Below are positions 1 to 12,313 of a stretch of DNA of 64,000 nt, piece by piece. How positions within the stretch are numbered: position 1 is the stretch's first letter; each line of letters starts with the position of its first letter. This DNA comes from an uncultured Gemmatimonadales bacterium (GTDB lineage: Bacteria > Gemmatimonadota > Gemmatimonadetes > Longimicrobiales > Gaopeijiaceae). The notes beneath the pieces were generated by a model that did no database searches, was not told the DNA's origin, and worked only from the letters and a program-made list of their open reading frames with translations. The DNA lies in contig CAWGKG010000014.1 in the NCBI GenBank assembly GCA_963823035.1, positions 320,001-384,000 of the forward strand, read 5' to 3'. The position numbers and the translations under genes were made by a program.

Positions 1-2408
1 CCGAGCGGATCGCCCGGACCGGATCGGCGCGCGTGACGCGCCGTGCCGGCAGCCACGCGGCGACGGCCGCGGCGGCGGTGAGGACGAGGGCCGCGCCTCC
101 GAGGCTCACCGGATCGGTGGGGCTCACCCCGTGCACCAGCCCCCGGGCGACCTGCGCGGCGAGCACTGCGGCGACAACTCCGACGCCGATTCCGATCAGC
201 GCGACGCCGAGGCTGGCGCGGACCACCATCGCGACCACGTCGCCGGATGCGGCTCCGAGGGCCATGCGGATGCCCATCTCCCGCACCCGACGCGCCACCG
301 AGTACGACACCACGGCGTAGACGCCCACGGCCGAGAGCGCCAGCGCGGCGAGCGCGAAGACCAGGATCACGAGCGCCTCGAAGCGCGGCTGTACGAGCAT
401 GCGCGCTTCGGTGGCGACGAGCGGTCGGGCGGTGCCCACCGACAGGTCCGGGTCCACCTCGAGGAGCGCATCCTTGATGGGCTGCGCCAGTGCCGCCGGG
501 TCGCCGGCCGTGCGCATGAGGAAGAAGGTCGCCGGCCGGCCGAGCTGCCGATTCGACCAGTATATCTCGGGATGCGGCGCCGCACCCGGCGTGAGGGGCT
601 GCGCGTCGGCAACCACGCCCACCACGCGGAAGCTCCGCTCGAACTGGGGCACGCGCACGCTCCGACCCACCGCGCTCTCCCCCGGCCACGCGTTCCGCGC
701 CATCGTCTGGTTGATCACGGCAACCGGCTCAGCGTCCAGGCCGTCGGCCTCGGTGATCTCACGCCCCTCGAGCATCGGGAGGCCGAGGGTGGCGAAGTAC
801 CCCGGTCCCACGTCGAAATACCACACGGAGGGAAGCTGACCGCTCTCGTCGGCGCCCTCCACGACGTAGGGCAGAGCCCCGTCCCCGCCGCCGAAGAGGG
901 GGCCGGCGGACGCCGTCGCGACGGAGATCACCCCCGGCACGCCGGCTACGCGCTCCTCCGCCTGTCGCCACATCGAGAAGAGCTGGGCGGCCGAGGTGTA
1001 CTTCCCACTGTTCGCGAAGGCGCTCATCGCCACCAACGAGCCGCGCTCGAAGCCCGGATCCCACGACAGGTAGCGGGCGAAGCTCCTGCCCAGGAGTCCC
1101 GCACCGAAGAGGAGAACGACGGAGAGGGCGAGCTCGGCCACCACCAGCGCGTTGCGCAGGCGGCTGGAGCCTCGCGTCTCGGCTTCCCGCGCGCCGGACT
1201 TGATCGTGCTCGCCAGATCCCAGGCGGTCACCCGCAGCGCCGGCAGCACCGCAAAGACCGCGGTCGCCACCACGGAGAGAAGGACGGCGAAACCGAACAC
1301 CCGGCCGTCCATGGCCACCTCGTCCATCCGCGGCATGGGCGGCGCGAACCGCAGGAGCAACTGGGTGGCTCCCGTCGCGAGACCGACCGCGAGCACCGTG
1401 GCCAGCCCGGTGAGCACGAGGCTCTCGCCGAGGATGCCCCGGACCAGCCGCCAGCGCTCCGCGCCCAGCGCGGCGCGCACGGCGAGCTCCTGCCGACGGC
1501 CGAGTCCACGTGCCAACAGCAGGTTGGCTACGTTGGCGCATACGATGAGCAGCAGCAAAACCGCTGCACCCAGGAAGGCCATCAACACCGGGCGCGTGTC
1601 GCCGACGACGACGTTCAGGAGCGACGCGACGCGCAGGCGCCACTCGTCGTTCACCTCCTCGTGCGTCGTGGCGATGCGCGCGTACAGCCCCTTGAGCTCC
1701 TCCTCCGCGGACGCCCGGGTCGCGCCGGGCGCGAGGTGGCCGATGGCGCGGAAGCCCCGCCATCCGCGCGCCTCCGGGTCGAGGAGCGGGTCGAAGTGCG
1801 GCGGCTTCCACAGCGGCACGTCGGCCATGTCGAAGGGGGCGCGGAAGCCTTCCGGGAGCACGCCGATCACCTCGTAGGGCTCTTCGTCCAGGCGGATCGT
1901 GGAGCCCACCACGGACGGATCGGCCCCGTAGCGTGTCGACCCAGAAGGCGTGGGCGAGGAGGACGACCTTGTCGCGGTCCGGCCCGTGCTCGTCGTCCGT
2001 GTAGAGCCGCCCGAGGATCGGGCGCACACCCAGGGCGCGCAGGAAGCCGGCGCTGGCGAGGCCCCCGGTGATCCCGCGTGCGCCCAGGTCGTCGGACAGG
2101 GCATAGGGCCACGTGCGGCCGATGCCGACATCGCTCAGCTCGTGCGACCCGAGGCGGAAGTCCTCGACGTTGCCCGGCGAGGCGATGCAGTAGCCCTCCA
2201 GCCGCGGGTGGTCCTCGCACACGATCACCAACCGGTCGGAATCCGGAAGGTCGAGCGGGCGGAAGACGATCGCGTCGACCACGGTGAAGATGGCCGTGGC
2301 CGCGGTCATCCCGATGGCGAGGATCAGGAGTGCGGGGAGCGTGAAGGCCGGGCTGCGCGTCAACGTCCGCAGCGAGAGTCCGATCGCACGCAACGTTCCA
2401 CCCATCAT
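1..2408 (-). CDS. ADOP/MacB-like duplicated ABC permease; frameshifted near 1940, runs off the window start
   Basis: GGAGG RBS before ATG 2408. N-terminus LRTLTRSPAFTLPALLILAIGMTAATAIFTVVDAIVFRPL is typical of the family. It continues in a second frame (..TRYGADPSVVG.. LIVCANVANLLLARG.. EMGIRMALGA). Confidence 0.85.
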
Positions 2409-2733
2409 CCACCTCCGGATCACCTCGACGTGTGCGTCCTCTTCGAACCTATGGGACGCGCGGACGGGAGCCGCGAGTTTAGACCTGTGGGGAAATACCC
2501 GTGCCGCGATGTCCGTCTTTCGCCGAAGCGCGCTCCTCAGATCTTGCCGAGGATCCAGCTCAGGACGAGGCGGACGATGCGCTTCAGTAGGGTCATCATG
2601 CGGAGTCCTACGCACGGGCGGGCTCGAGGGTTTCCAGCAACGTCCACCGAAACGACTCCGTGCACGCTCTCGTAGGGTCCACCGCGGTCGCAGCACCGCT
2701 TCCGGCCACCCGAGAAAACGATGGGAGGATGGG

Positions 2734-2943
2734 ATGAGGAACCCGGGAACCGCCGCCGTGTTGAGCTTCATCCTGCCCGGCGTGGGCCAGATCTACAACG
2801 GGTGCATCTTCCGCGGGCTCTTCTGGCTCGTGGTCACCCCCGGCCTGTGGATCGGGAGTGGTGGCCTGTTGGGTTGGGTGTGCCACGTGGCCGCCGCCTA
2901 CACCGCTCACAGCTACGCCACGGACCATCCCGACCGGGACTGA
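2734..2943 (+). CDS. small membrane protein (TM2/DUF5683-like)
   Basis: MRNPGTAAVLSFILPGVGQIYNG motif; GGAGG upstream; 69 aa. Confidence 0.75.
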   Translation: MRNPGTAAVLSFILPGVGQIYNGCIFRGLFWLVVTPGLWIGSGGLLGWVCHVAAAYTAHSYATDHPDRD

Positions 2944-2956
2944 GCCCGCCGCGGTC

Positions 2957-3125
2957 TCAGGAGACTTGGCTAATCTCTAGCAGATGCCCGTCCGGATCGC
3001 GGAAGAAGGCTCGGATCTCTCCGCCCCGGTCTACCGGTGGCGAAAGGAATACGGCCCCGCGCTCCCTCAGGGTGTCATAGGCTGCCCGGCAGTCTGGAAC
3101 GCGCAGCGTGAGTTGGTGGCTCGGC
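2957..3125 (-). pseudogene. C-terminal remnant of a VOC/glyoxalase family gene
   Basis: HQLTLRVPDCRAAYDTLRERGAVFLSPPVDRGGEIRAFFRDPDGHLLEISQ is the second half of a VOC fold. No plausible N-terminal half or start codon is visible. Confidence 0.6.
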
Positions 3126-3241
3126 CCTCGTCTTGCAGGGGGGATTGCGGTTCGAAACGCCTCACACCCATTCTTGGCTCGTCCCGAGCCCCCCGCCCGG
3201 CCCGGTGCTCCTGCCCGGCTTGAACCCACAGGGACACCCTT

Positions 3242-3988
3242 ATGCGCCACATCGCGTCGGCCCTGGCCATCGCCGCAGCCCTCGGCGGCCCCCTCCAAGC
3301 TCAGAAGGCCGTCGACATCGGAACGGACCCGGGTGCGCCCACAGCTTTGATGGATGCATCCAACTACGCCGACTGGCGCAGCCAGACCTTTGTTGCCCGG
3401 GGTTCGTATCTCACCGGCCTTTCGTTCTGGTTCTACGGTGGGACTTTGGGCGGTCCGAGCGACGAGGCCTTCTACAGCAGGCTCTATATCAACTCCGGGA
3501 CCGACTTCCTCGAAGGGCCTGAACTCTTCGAGGACCAACTGGATCAGTCCCACGAAGGCAGGTACGACTTCCTCTTCGACGACCTGGCAGTCGTCTTCGG
3601 GGCTTCCTACACGTTCTCGATCTTCACCAACAACTGCGGCCCCGCCGATGAAGTGGGGCCCCTGACGTGCCCCGTGCCTATCACCGGCGTCTACAGCGAC
3701 CCCCATCTTGAGGTGACGACCTCGGATGCCTATGGGCACGGGTATCTCATCCACGGACGCGAAGGCCCGCTCTACGATCAGGACATGCGCTTCCGGGCCA
3801 CCTTCCTGACGCCGGAGCCTTCGAGCCTTCTGCTGCTCGCCACCGGTCTGCTGGGTCTTGGCTTCGCCGCGCGAAAGCGATCCCGCGCCGAACGAGGGCG
3901 GAGGCGGAACTGCCCTCTCCCCAGCCGCTCCGGGTACCCGCGCGCGCCGCGGGTCGCGGGGTGCTCCCCTTCTTCAACAGCCTTCCAG

Positions 3989-3991
<3 letters not shown>
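3242..3991 (+). CDS. secreted PEP-CTERM sorting domain protein
   Basis: Signal peptide MRHIASALAIAAALGGPLQA; C-terminal TPEPSSLLLLATGLLGLGFAARKRSR. Confidence 0.85.
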
Positions 3992-4061
<70 letters not shown>

Positions 4062-4149
4062 GTGAGGGCACCTACCGCTCGACGCGGCCGTCGGCGCCCG
4101 AGCACCAAGATAGGCGAGCGCGACCGATCGTGAAGGTCGCGCTCGCTCC

Positions 4150-6620
4150 TCAGAGCGCGAGCTCCACGCGCACGACGCCCACCTCACCCGGGAGCACACG
4201 GCTGGTGAAGCCGAGCGAGCGCACGAGCCGGAGCATCGGCGTGTTGTCGGCGAGCACGTCGCCGAACACGCGCTTCATCCCCCGCGTGCGAGCGTAGCCC
4301 ACGATACGCTCCATCAGAAAGCGCCCGAGCCCCCGGCGCGTCTGGTTGCGCGCGACGAGGATCGCGTACTCTCCGTTCTCGTTGTCCGGATCGGAGATGA
4401 GCTGCACGAGCCCGTGGATCGGGGTGGCGCCGGGCACGCCGGGCTCGGTGAGCACCAGGACCATCTCCCGATCGTAGTCGATCTGCGTGAAGCGCGCCGT
4501 ATTCCGGTGCGAGAAGGCCTTCCGCGGCACGAAGAAGCGAAGCCGCACCTCCTCGGGGGTGAGGGCGTCGAAGAGCCGCTGGAGCTCGGGCTCGTCCTCC
4601 GGGAGGATGGGTCGGAGCACGAGGTCGTCGTCCTCCAGCACATCCACCTCCGCCTCCAGCTCCTTGGGATAGGGGCGGATCGCCAGGCGCGGCGAAGGCG
4701 CGCTCGACGCGGGGCGTACTTGCATGCGCACGCCGCCCACCTGGATCCCGCCCGCGCACACCTCGACAGGGTCGAGGGAGAGGGCCCGAAGCTGAGGGAG
4801 GTCCACCACGAGCTGGGACACCTTCACGAGCGTGAGCGCGGCGGCCTCGAAACCGGCCCCGGAGGCGTCGGGGCTCCCCTCGAGCACGCGCCCCAGGCGC
4901 GTCCGCTCCATGAGGGCGTGGGCCAACCTCAGGTTCAGCGGTGGAAACCCGATGGCGGCGTCCTGGGCGACCTCGGCCGCGCCACCCCCCTGGCCGAAGA
5001 GGACGACGGGCCCGAACTGCGCGTCCTCGCGCACCTCGATGCGCGCCGACTTGCGCGGCTCGCCGGTGGCGCGGACGCTCCCGCGCCCTCACCGGCAGGG
5101 ATGGCGTACGCCGCCAGGACGCGACGTGCCTCCGCCGCCGTCAGCTCGTCGCGACCCTCGGCGAGCGCGGCATCGATCACTCGGCTCGCCGTACCCGGTT
5201 CCGGCTGGAAGCCCTCCGGCAGCGACGGCGGCGTCTCGAGCAGCATGTCCTGCCTCACCCCGTGCTCCACCATCTGCATGAACGCGAGGATCGCCCGCTC
5301 GGGCGTGTCGTAGGACGGCACCCCGGCCTCGCGCAGAACGGCCTGCGCCTCGGGCGTCGTGGCGGCTCCGACCCAGCTCGCCAGCAGGGTCTTGCCCCGA
5401 CGCGCCACCATGACGTTGGCAACGGCCTGCGCGGCCTCCACCCGGCTGCCGATCGAGGTCGGGCAGTTGATGACCAGCACCGCGTCGACGCCCGGATCCT
5501 CCAGCATCACGCGAAGCACCGCTTCGTAGCGACCGCCGGAGGCGTCTCCCTGGACGTCGACGGGGTTCTCCCCCTTCCATACGCCGGTCAGGATCCCGGC
5601 GATGGCTTCGGTGCTCGCCTCGGACAGCTTCGCGAGGCGCCCCCCCGCCTCCCCGAGCGCGTCGGCGGCCAGGACGCCGAGGCCGCCGCCGTTGGTGACG
5701 ATGGCCAGGCGGCTTCCCCGGTGCCGCCGGGCGAGCGACAGCGTCTCCACCGCCCCGAACAGCTCCTCGAGCGTGTACACCCGGAGGATGCCGGAGCGGC
5801 GGAACGCCGCGTCGTAGACGGCGTCCGATCCCGCCACGGCTCCCGAGTGGGACGCCGCGGCCTTCCTGCCCGCTTCGAAGCGTCCCGCCTTCACGGCGAG
5901 CACCGGCTTGACGCGCGCCGCGGCACGCGCGGCCGACATGAACTTCCGCGAATGGCGGATACCCTCCACGTAGAGGAGGATGGCGTCCGTGCGCGGATCG
6001 GTCGCCAGGTAGTCGAGCATGTCGCCGAAGTCGACGTCCAGCATGTCCCCGAGCGAGACGAGGTGGGAAAACCCGAGCGCCCTGGGCTCGGCCCAGTCCT
6101 GGACGGCTTCGACGATCGCCCCCGACTGGGCGACGAACGCCAGCGCTCCCCCGGAGGAGGCCAGGTGCGAGAAGCTCGCGTTCAGGCGCGTCGGCGGCGC
6201 GAGCACGCCGAGGGACCCGGGGCCGATGATGCGCACCCCATGCGGACGCGCTGCCTCGCCGAGCGCCCGGCCCAGGGCCTCTCGCTCCGCTTCATCGACC
6301 ACGGAGCCGATGCCCGCGGTCACGATGACGACGGCCCGCGTGCCCCGCTCCCCGAGCCTCGCTACGATGTCGGGGATGGTCCGCGGGGGGGTGGCGATCA
6401 CGGCCAGCTCAGGCGCCTCGGGAAGCTCCTCGACCGACGCCACGCTGCGCACGCCGAAGATGACGCGACGCTTGAGATTGACGAACGAGAGGGCGTCGCC
6501 GAACCCCCCTGCCTGCAGATTGCGGGCCAGCACGTTCCCCACGGACCCGCGTCGGGAGCTGGCCCCTACCAGCGTGACCGAGCGCGGACGGAAGAACGAC
6601 CTCAGATTGCGGATGCTCAA
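4150..6620 (-). CDS. pat: protein lysine acetyltransferase (acyl-CoA synthetase-like + GNAT; Pat/PatZ/YfiQ family); frameshift near 5085
   Basis: TTG start SIRNLRSFFRPRSVTLVGAS, then AQSGA, KAGR..SHSGA, TNGGGLG, FGPVVLFGQGG, LAIRPYP and a C-terminal GNAT (RFTQIDYDREM, RRGLGRFLM). Confidence 0.88.
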
Positions 6621-6687
6621 CAGTCGCGCCGCGGAAAAGAGAGGAAGGGTGACGGACGCGTGGACGGGGATTCGGGCCGAGCTTGGC

Positions 6688-8305
6688 ATGACGGCCGACG
6701 CCCCTGGGAATATCACGGCATGGACGTTGACTCGCCACGCGCGGAGCGGTGACCGGAACCGCGTCGCCCTGGTGTGGCGTCCGCGTTCCGGGCCCTCCGG
6801 CTCGTACACGTACGGCGACCTCGACCGCGCCGTGAGTCGCTTCGCCAGCGGAATCCTGCGGGAAGGGTTGGAGACGGGGCGAGACCGTGGCCATCCTGGC
6901 GGGGCGCATCCCGGAGCTCGTGGTCGCGGTATTGGGGGCGCTTCGCGCGGGCGCGGTGCCCACGGTTCTCTTCTCGTCCCACGGCCCCGACCCGGTCCGG
7001 CGGCGCCTCGCCCGGGGAAGGGCGCGCCTGCTCGTGACCACGCCGCGTCTCTACCGCGACAAGGTCGCCACCGCCCGCGCCGGTCTTCCCGAGCTGACGC
7101 GCGTGCTGGTCGTCGACGGCCCGGGCCGCCTGGCCGCCACGACCGCCCAGCACGAGCTGCCGGAGGGGACCGAGGACTTCGGCGCCTGGCTCGCACGCGG
7201 GGAGGAGACGGTCGACGACGCGCCGGTGCGCGCGACCCACCCCGCCCTGCTCCACTTCACCAGCGGGACCACGGGCGAGCCGAAGGCGGTGGTGCACGCG
7301 CACGAGGCCATCGTCGCGCATGCGCACACCTCACGCCATGTGCTGGGCGTGGAGGCGGGCACCCGTTTCTGGTGCACCGCGGACCCGGGTTGGGTGACCG
7401 GCATATCGTACGGCATCCTGGGCCCCCTCAGCCTCGGCGCGACGCTGTTCATGGACGAGGAGGACTTCGACGCGCACCGATGGTGGGAGAACATGGCGGA
7501 GAAGGGCATCGAGGTCCTCTACACCTCGCCGATCGAGCTCCGCCTCCTCCGCCTGATGGGCCCTTCGGTCGAGCGCGACCCGCTCCCCGACCTGCGGAGC
7601 GTCTTCTCCGCCGGGGAGCCGCTGGCGCGGACCGAGATGGACTGGGCGCGGCAGGCGCTCGGGAGGCCCGTCCACGACAGCTGGTGGCAGACCGAGACCG
7701 GCTCGATCGTTCTGGCTACGCGGTACGACGAGATCCCGCGCGCGGGACGGATCGGCCACGCGGTGGACGGATTCGAGGTCGCCTGCCTGCGTCGCACCCG
7801 CACCGGCGTCGAGCGCGTGGCGCCGGGCGAGCAGGGGGAGGTGGCGCTACGCGCCGGATGGCCGTCGATGTTCCACACCTACCTCGATCGGCCGGAGCTC
7901 TATGGGGACAGCTTCCAGGACGGCTGGTACCTCTCGGGCGATCTCGCCGCGATGGACGAGGACGGGTGGGTGACCTTCCACGGCCGGCAGGGTGACGTGT
8001 TCAAGGCGGCGGGACACGTCGTCTCGCCCGCCGAGGTCGAGGAGGCGCTGCTTGGGCATCCCGCCGTCGCCGACGTGGGGGTGTGGGCACGTGAGGACCC
8101 GGTGGTCGGCAACCTGATCGAGGCGCACGTGGTCCTCTCCGAGGGCCGGCGCGACGGGGAGGAGCTTCGCCGGGAGATCCTCGGCTTCGCGCGCGGACGA
8201 CTGGGACCGGCGCTCGCGCCGCGGGCGCTGCAGGTTCTGGAGAGCCTCCCGCGCACACCCTCCGGAAAGATCGTCCGGCGTGCGTTGGGTGTCGCCGGGG
8301 CCTGA
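6688..8305 (+). CDS. acsA: acetate/acyl-CoA ligase (AcsA-like AMP-binding enzyme); frameshift near 6877
   Basis: LHFTSGTTGEPK, WCTADPGWVTG, SWWQTETG, YLSGD and LPRTPSGKIVRR motifs. The N-terminus (MTADAPGN..YTYGDLDR) is in another frame upstream of a G-run. Confidence 0.85.
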
Positions 8306-8315
8306 GCTCCGGATT

Positions 8316-8729
8316 TCAGCCCGCGCTGCGCTCCGGTCCCTGGGTCAAGCGGCGCCCCATCCATCCCCCCGCCATGGCGGCGACCAGCTGCACGAGGATG
8401 ATGCCGAGCACGGAGCGCGTCGGTCCCGACCACTGCTGGACGCTTCCGGGCGCCGCGACGCTCCCGGCGAACCCGACCAGGACGCTGAGCAAGGTGATCG
8501 CGCCGCCGTGCAGGATGGGCGCGTCACTCCACTGGACACCGACGAACAACCCGCCCGCGAAGAACCCCACCGCCATCGCGATCACGACGCCGACCGCGGT
8601 GCCGGCACCGGCGGGAAGGACACCGATACCCACCATCGCCAGATAGACCGCCGAAGTGACCGCGATCGCGACCAGCCATCCGCCGACAACCCAGCCGGGG
8701 TGGAGGTTGCGCAGATGCTCCGAGTGCAT
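8316..8729 (-). CDS. small multi-pass membrane protein
   Basis: 137 aa with about four hydrophobic helices; GGGAGG RBS. Confidence 0.75.
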   Translation of the reverse strand: MHSEHLRNLHPGWVVGGWLVAIAVTSAVYLAMVGIGVLPAGAGTAVGVVIAMAVGFFAGGLFVGVQWSDAPILHGGAITLLSVLVGFAGSVAAPGSVQQWSGPTRSVLGIILVQLVAAMAGGWMGRRLTQGPERSAG

Positions 8730-8811
8730 GGTCCCTCCCAGGAGGTGTGGCCACCTGCTGAAGTCTAGCGCTTCCGTGGTAGAATTACGAGCCCCTCGGG
8801 CGGGCAGCGCG

Positions 8812-9463
8812 TCAGATCTCCAGCTCGAGCTGCAGCCCCCCGAACGTCAGACGGTGGTGCGGGGTCAGCCCGAGAGCGTCGATCGCCCCTCGGTGCGCCG
8901 GCGTGCCGTAGCCGACGTTCGTCTCCCAGCCGTAGCCCGGGTACCGGCGCGCCAGACGTCGCATGAGCCGGTCGCGCACGACCTTGGCCACGATCGAAGC
9001 ACAGGAGATCGAGTGGATGAGCGCGTCGCCGTCGACGACCGCCTCGTGCGCCCACGCCAGGTTCTTCACGGGATTGCCGTCCACGACCACGTGGTCCGGA
9101 GAGCGGGTCAGACGCGCCAGCGCGCGTCCCATCGCCTTCGTGGTGGCCTGGAGGATGTTGATGCGATCGATCTCGCGCACCGACGCAGCGCCCACGCCCA
9201 CGCACAGGGCCGTCGTCATGATCTGCGCGAAGAGCTCTTCCCGGACGTCGCCGCGTGAGCTGCTTGGAGTCGTCGGCCCCCAGGACGCAGGTGTCGATGG
9301 GAAGGATGACGGCGGCCGCGACCACAGGCCCCGCGAGCGGTCCGCGCCCCGCCTCGTCCACCCCTGCCACCAAAAGACCGCGGCCCCAGAAGCCGCGCTC
9401 GTAGTCGAGGAGGCTCTGGAGCCGCACGGCTTCCAGCTCCGGCGTCGTCGGCCGGTGCGCCAT
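8812..9463 (-). CDS. rnhB: ribonuclease HII; frameshift near 9252
   Basis: [57 protein letters not shown]. Confidence 0.93.
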
Positions 9464-9816
9464 CAGTGGGTCGTGCGCTTCTCCGCGATGCGCGCGGCCT
9501 TCCCGCGGCGACCCCTGAGGTAGTAGAGCTTCGCCCGACGGACCCGGCCCCGACGCACCACGTCGATGCTCTGGACGGTGGGTGCGTGAAGCGGGAAGAT
9601 GCGCTCGACACCGATGCCGCTCGAGATCTTGCGAACCGTGAAGGTCTCGGCCAGGCCGCCGTTCTTGCGGGCGATGCAGACGCCCTCGAAGGCCTGGATG
9701 CGCTCCTTGGCTCCCTCGCGCACACGGTAGTTGACCCGAACGGTGTCGCCGGGAGCGAAGTCGGGCGCGTCGTCCCGGAGCTGCTCTTGCTCGAACTGTT
9801 GAATGACGTCAGCCAT
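9463..9816 (-). CDS. rplS: 50S ribosomal protein L19
   Basis: [33 protein letters not shown] ... [14 protein letters not shown]. Confidence 0.97.
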   Translation of the reverse strand: MADVIQQFEQEQLRDDAPDFAPGDTVRVNYRVREGAKERIQAFEGVCIARKNGGLAETFTVRKISSGIGVERIFPLHAPTVQSIDVVRRGRVRRAKLYYLRGRRGKAARIAEKRTTH

Positions 9817-9985
9817 CGTCGCCTCCCATGACACGGACCGGCCCGGACGGACCGGGGTTTGCGGAGAGACCGCTAATCTAATGCACGTGCGGGGGGCGGT
9901 GAAGTCCCGGGCCTCCGCGGGCGGGAGTGGCCCCGGGGCCTCCGAGCGTGCAGAATCAGCGTCGAACCTCCTGACGGGAGACCGC

Positions 9986-11095
9986 ATGCGCCTTCATCCT
10001 TATCGCTCCACCCTCGCCCGACGCGCCCTTCTGCTGGTCGCCCTCCTCCCCGTGAGCGGCGCCTGCGCGGGCGCCGACGAGGCGGGCACGTCGGCGACCG
10101 CGGTCGCCGACGCCGCGGAGTCCCGGCCGGACCGGCTACGGCGCCTCCTGGGCGCCCTGGCCGACGACTCGATGCGCGGGCGTCGCATGGGCAGCCCCGA
10201 GAACGCGCAGGCCGCCCGTTTCCTCGCCGCGGAGCTCGAGCGGTACGGGGTGCGCCCGGGCGTGGACGGGGCGTTCCTCCAACCCGTACCGCTGGCGCGG
10301 ATCCGGCGGAACGGGCGTACCCGGCTGGCGATCCCATCGACGACGCTCGACTTCGACACGCTGCCCGCGGAAGCGCTCGTCGAGGGGGAGGCGAACGTGG
10401 TCGGCATCATCCCGGGCTCGGACCCTGCCATGGCGGGCGAGGTGGTGGTGATCGGCGCGCACTTCGACCACGTGGGGGTCGGCGCGGCCGTAGACGGCGA
10501 TTCGATCTACAACGGCGCCGACGACGACGCGAGCGGCACCGTGGCGATTCTGGAGGTGGCACGCGAGCTTGCGCGGGATCCGACGCGGCGCACCGTGGTG
10601 GTGTTCCTCGCCACCGGCGAGGAGGCCGGGCTGGTCGGCACGTCGTGGTATATGGAGCATCCTTCGGTACCGCTCGACCGCACGGTAGCGGACTTTCAGA
10701 TCGAGATGATCGGACGGCCCGACTCGCTCGCCGGCGGAACCGGTCGCGCCTGGCTCACCGGCTACGAGCGCACGACCCTGGGCGACCAGCTCTCCGAGGC
10801 GAGCTGGGAGGGAGGGGGCTCACCGATCGTCCCCGATCCGCGGCCCGGACAGCGCTTCTTCTTCCGGAGCGACAACATCCCCTTCGCGCTGGCGGGCATC
10901 CCCGCGCATACGCTGTCGTCCTACAACCTCCACGACGACTACCACGCGCCGAGCGACGAGGTGGGGGGCATCGACTTCGCGCACCTGACCGCCGTGGTCG
11001 GTGCCGCGATCCAGGCGGTGCGCTTCATCGCGGACGGACCGAGGCCGGAGTGGAAGCCGGGCGGCCGGGAAGACTTCCCCGTCAGTCGTCGATGA
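9986..11095 (+). CDS. M28 family metallopeptidase, probable lipoprotein
   Basis: Lipobox-like [38 protein letters not shown]. Confidence 0.9.
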   Translation: MRLHPYRSTLARRALLLVALLPVSGACAGADEAGTSATAVADAAESRPDRLRRLLGALADDSMRGRRMGSPENAQAARFLAAELERYGVRPGVDGAFLQPVPLARIRRNGRTRLAIPSTTLDFDTLPAEALVEGEANVVGIIPGSDPAMAGEVVVIGAHFDHVGVGAAVDGDSIYNGADDDASGTVAILEVARELARDPTRRTVVVFLATGEEAGLVGTSWYMEHPSVPLDRTVADFQIEMIGRPDSLAGGTGRAWLTGYERTTLGDQLSEASWEGGGSPIVPDPRPGQRFFFRSDNIPFALAGIPAHTLSSYNLHDDYHAPSDEVGGIDFAHLTAVVGAAIQAVRFIADGPRPEWKPGGREDFPVSRR

Positions 11096-11753
11096 GCTCG
11101 GGGCGGCGGGCGCGCGTCAGCCGCTCCGCCGCCGCCTCCCTCCACGCCTCGATACGCGCGTGGTCGCCGGAGCGCAGCACGTCCGGAACGGCGTGGCCGC
11201 GGTAGGTGGGCGGTCGGGTGTAGCTCGGGGCGCTCAGCGTGCGGCCGTCGTAGAAGGAATCCGACGACGCGGCCTCGTGATCCCCCATCGCGCCCGGAAG
11301 GAGACGCACCACCGCGTCGGTCACGGCGAGCGCCCCGATCTCGCCCCCGGACAGGACGAAATCGCCGAGCGACAGCTCGTCGGTCACGAGGTGGTCGGCC
11401 ACGCGCTGGTCGACGTCCTTGTAGTGGCCGCACAGGAAGGTGAGCTCGGGCTCGACCGCGAAGCGCACCGCGTCCTGGTGACTGAAGGGCCGTCCGCGCG
11501 CCGAGAGGAGTACGATCGGCCCGGACGGGCGCAGGTCGTCCACCGCCTCGAAGAACGGCTCGGGCTTCATGATCATCCCGGCGCCGCCGCCGTAGGGGAC
11601 GTCGTCCACCGTGCGATGGCGGTCGTGCGTATAGCCGCGCAGGTCGACCAGGCGATACGTCACCAGCCCGGCCTCCGCCGCGCGCTTCGGGATCGACAGC
11701 CCGAGCGGCCCGGTGAAGAAGTCCGGGAAGATCGTGACGATGTTGATCCGCAT
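11082..11753 (-). CDS. trmD: tRNA (guanine37-N1)-methyltransferase
   Basis: MRINIVTIFPDFF, VDDVPYGGGAGM, LCGHYKDVDQRV, SLGDFVLSGGE. Confidence 0.97.
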   Translation of the reverse strand: MRINIVTIFPDFFTGPLGLSIPKRAAEAGLVTYRLVDLRGYTHDRHRTVDDVPYGGGAGMIMKPEPFFEAVDDLRPSGPIVLLSARGRPFSHQDAVRFAVEPELTFLCGHYKDVDQRVADHLVTDELSLGDFVLSGGEIGALAVTDAVVRLLPGAMGDHEAASSDSFYDGRTLSAPSYTRPPTYRGHAVPDVLRSGDHARIEAWREAAAERLTRARRPELIDD

Positions 11754-12295
11754 CACAGCTCCAGCAGCCCGGCGGGCGGGTCGATCACCAACCGCCCGCG
11801 CTCGCGGTCGATCTCGACCACGATCTCCTTGCGAAGGGGGATCATGTAGGTGTGACCGTCACCCCGCACCTCGAGGAGGTCGGTGGGCGTGAGCTCGTAG
11901 ACCTCCACGACGCGGCCGAGCTCGACGCCGTCCACCGTGCGCACCTCGCTCCCGAGGAGCTGGTGGTAGAAGATCTCGCCCTCCTCGAGCGGCGCGACTT
12001 CCTCCATGCCGCGCACGAGGTAGCGGCCGCGAAGGACCTCGGCCTCGCTACGGGTCTCGACGCCACCGAAGGAGACCAGGTACCCGTTCTGGAAGGGGCG
12101 TGCGGATACGACGCGCAGCGGAGGAAGCGACGGGTCCGGGGCACGAGCGGCCGCGTCTCCCGGAAGCAGGACCACCCCGGGGGCGAAGGTGCCCTCGGGG
12201 TGGTCGGTCAGCGGCCAGACGTACAGCTCGCCGTGGATGCCGTGGGCCTTGGAGAGGTACCCGACGACGAGGAAGCCCGGGTCGGTGCGACCCAT
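11753..12295 (-). CDS. rimM: ribosome maturation factor RimM
   Basis: VVGYLSKAHGIHGEL, EGEIFYHQLLG; lies between rpsP and trmD. Confidence 0.95.
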   Translation of the reverse strand: MGRTDPGFLVVGYLSKAHGIHGELYVWPLTDHPEGTFAPGVVLLPGDAAARAPDPSLPPLRVVSARPFQNGYLVSFGGVETRSEAEVLRGRYLVRGMEEVAPLEEGEIFYHQLLGSEVRTVDGVELGRVVEVYELTPTDLLEVRGDGHTYMIPLRKEIVVEIDRERGRLVIDPPAGLLEL

Positions 12296-12313
12296 GGTTC
12301 CGTTGTCCGAGGG

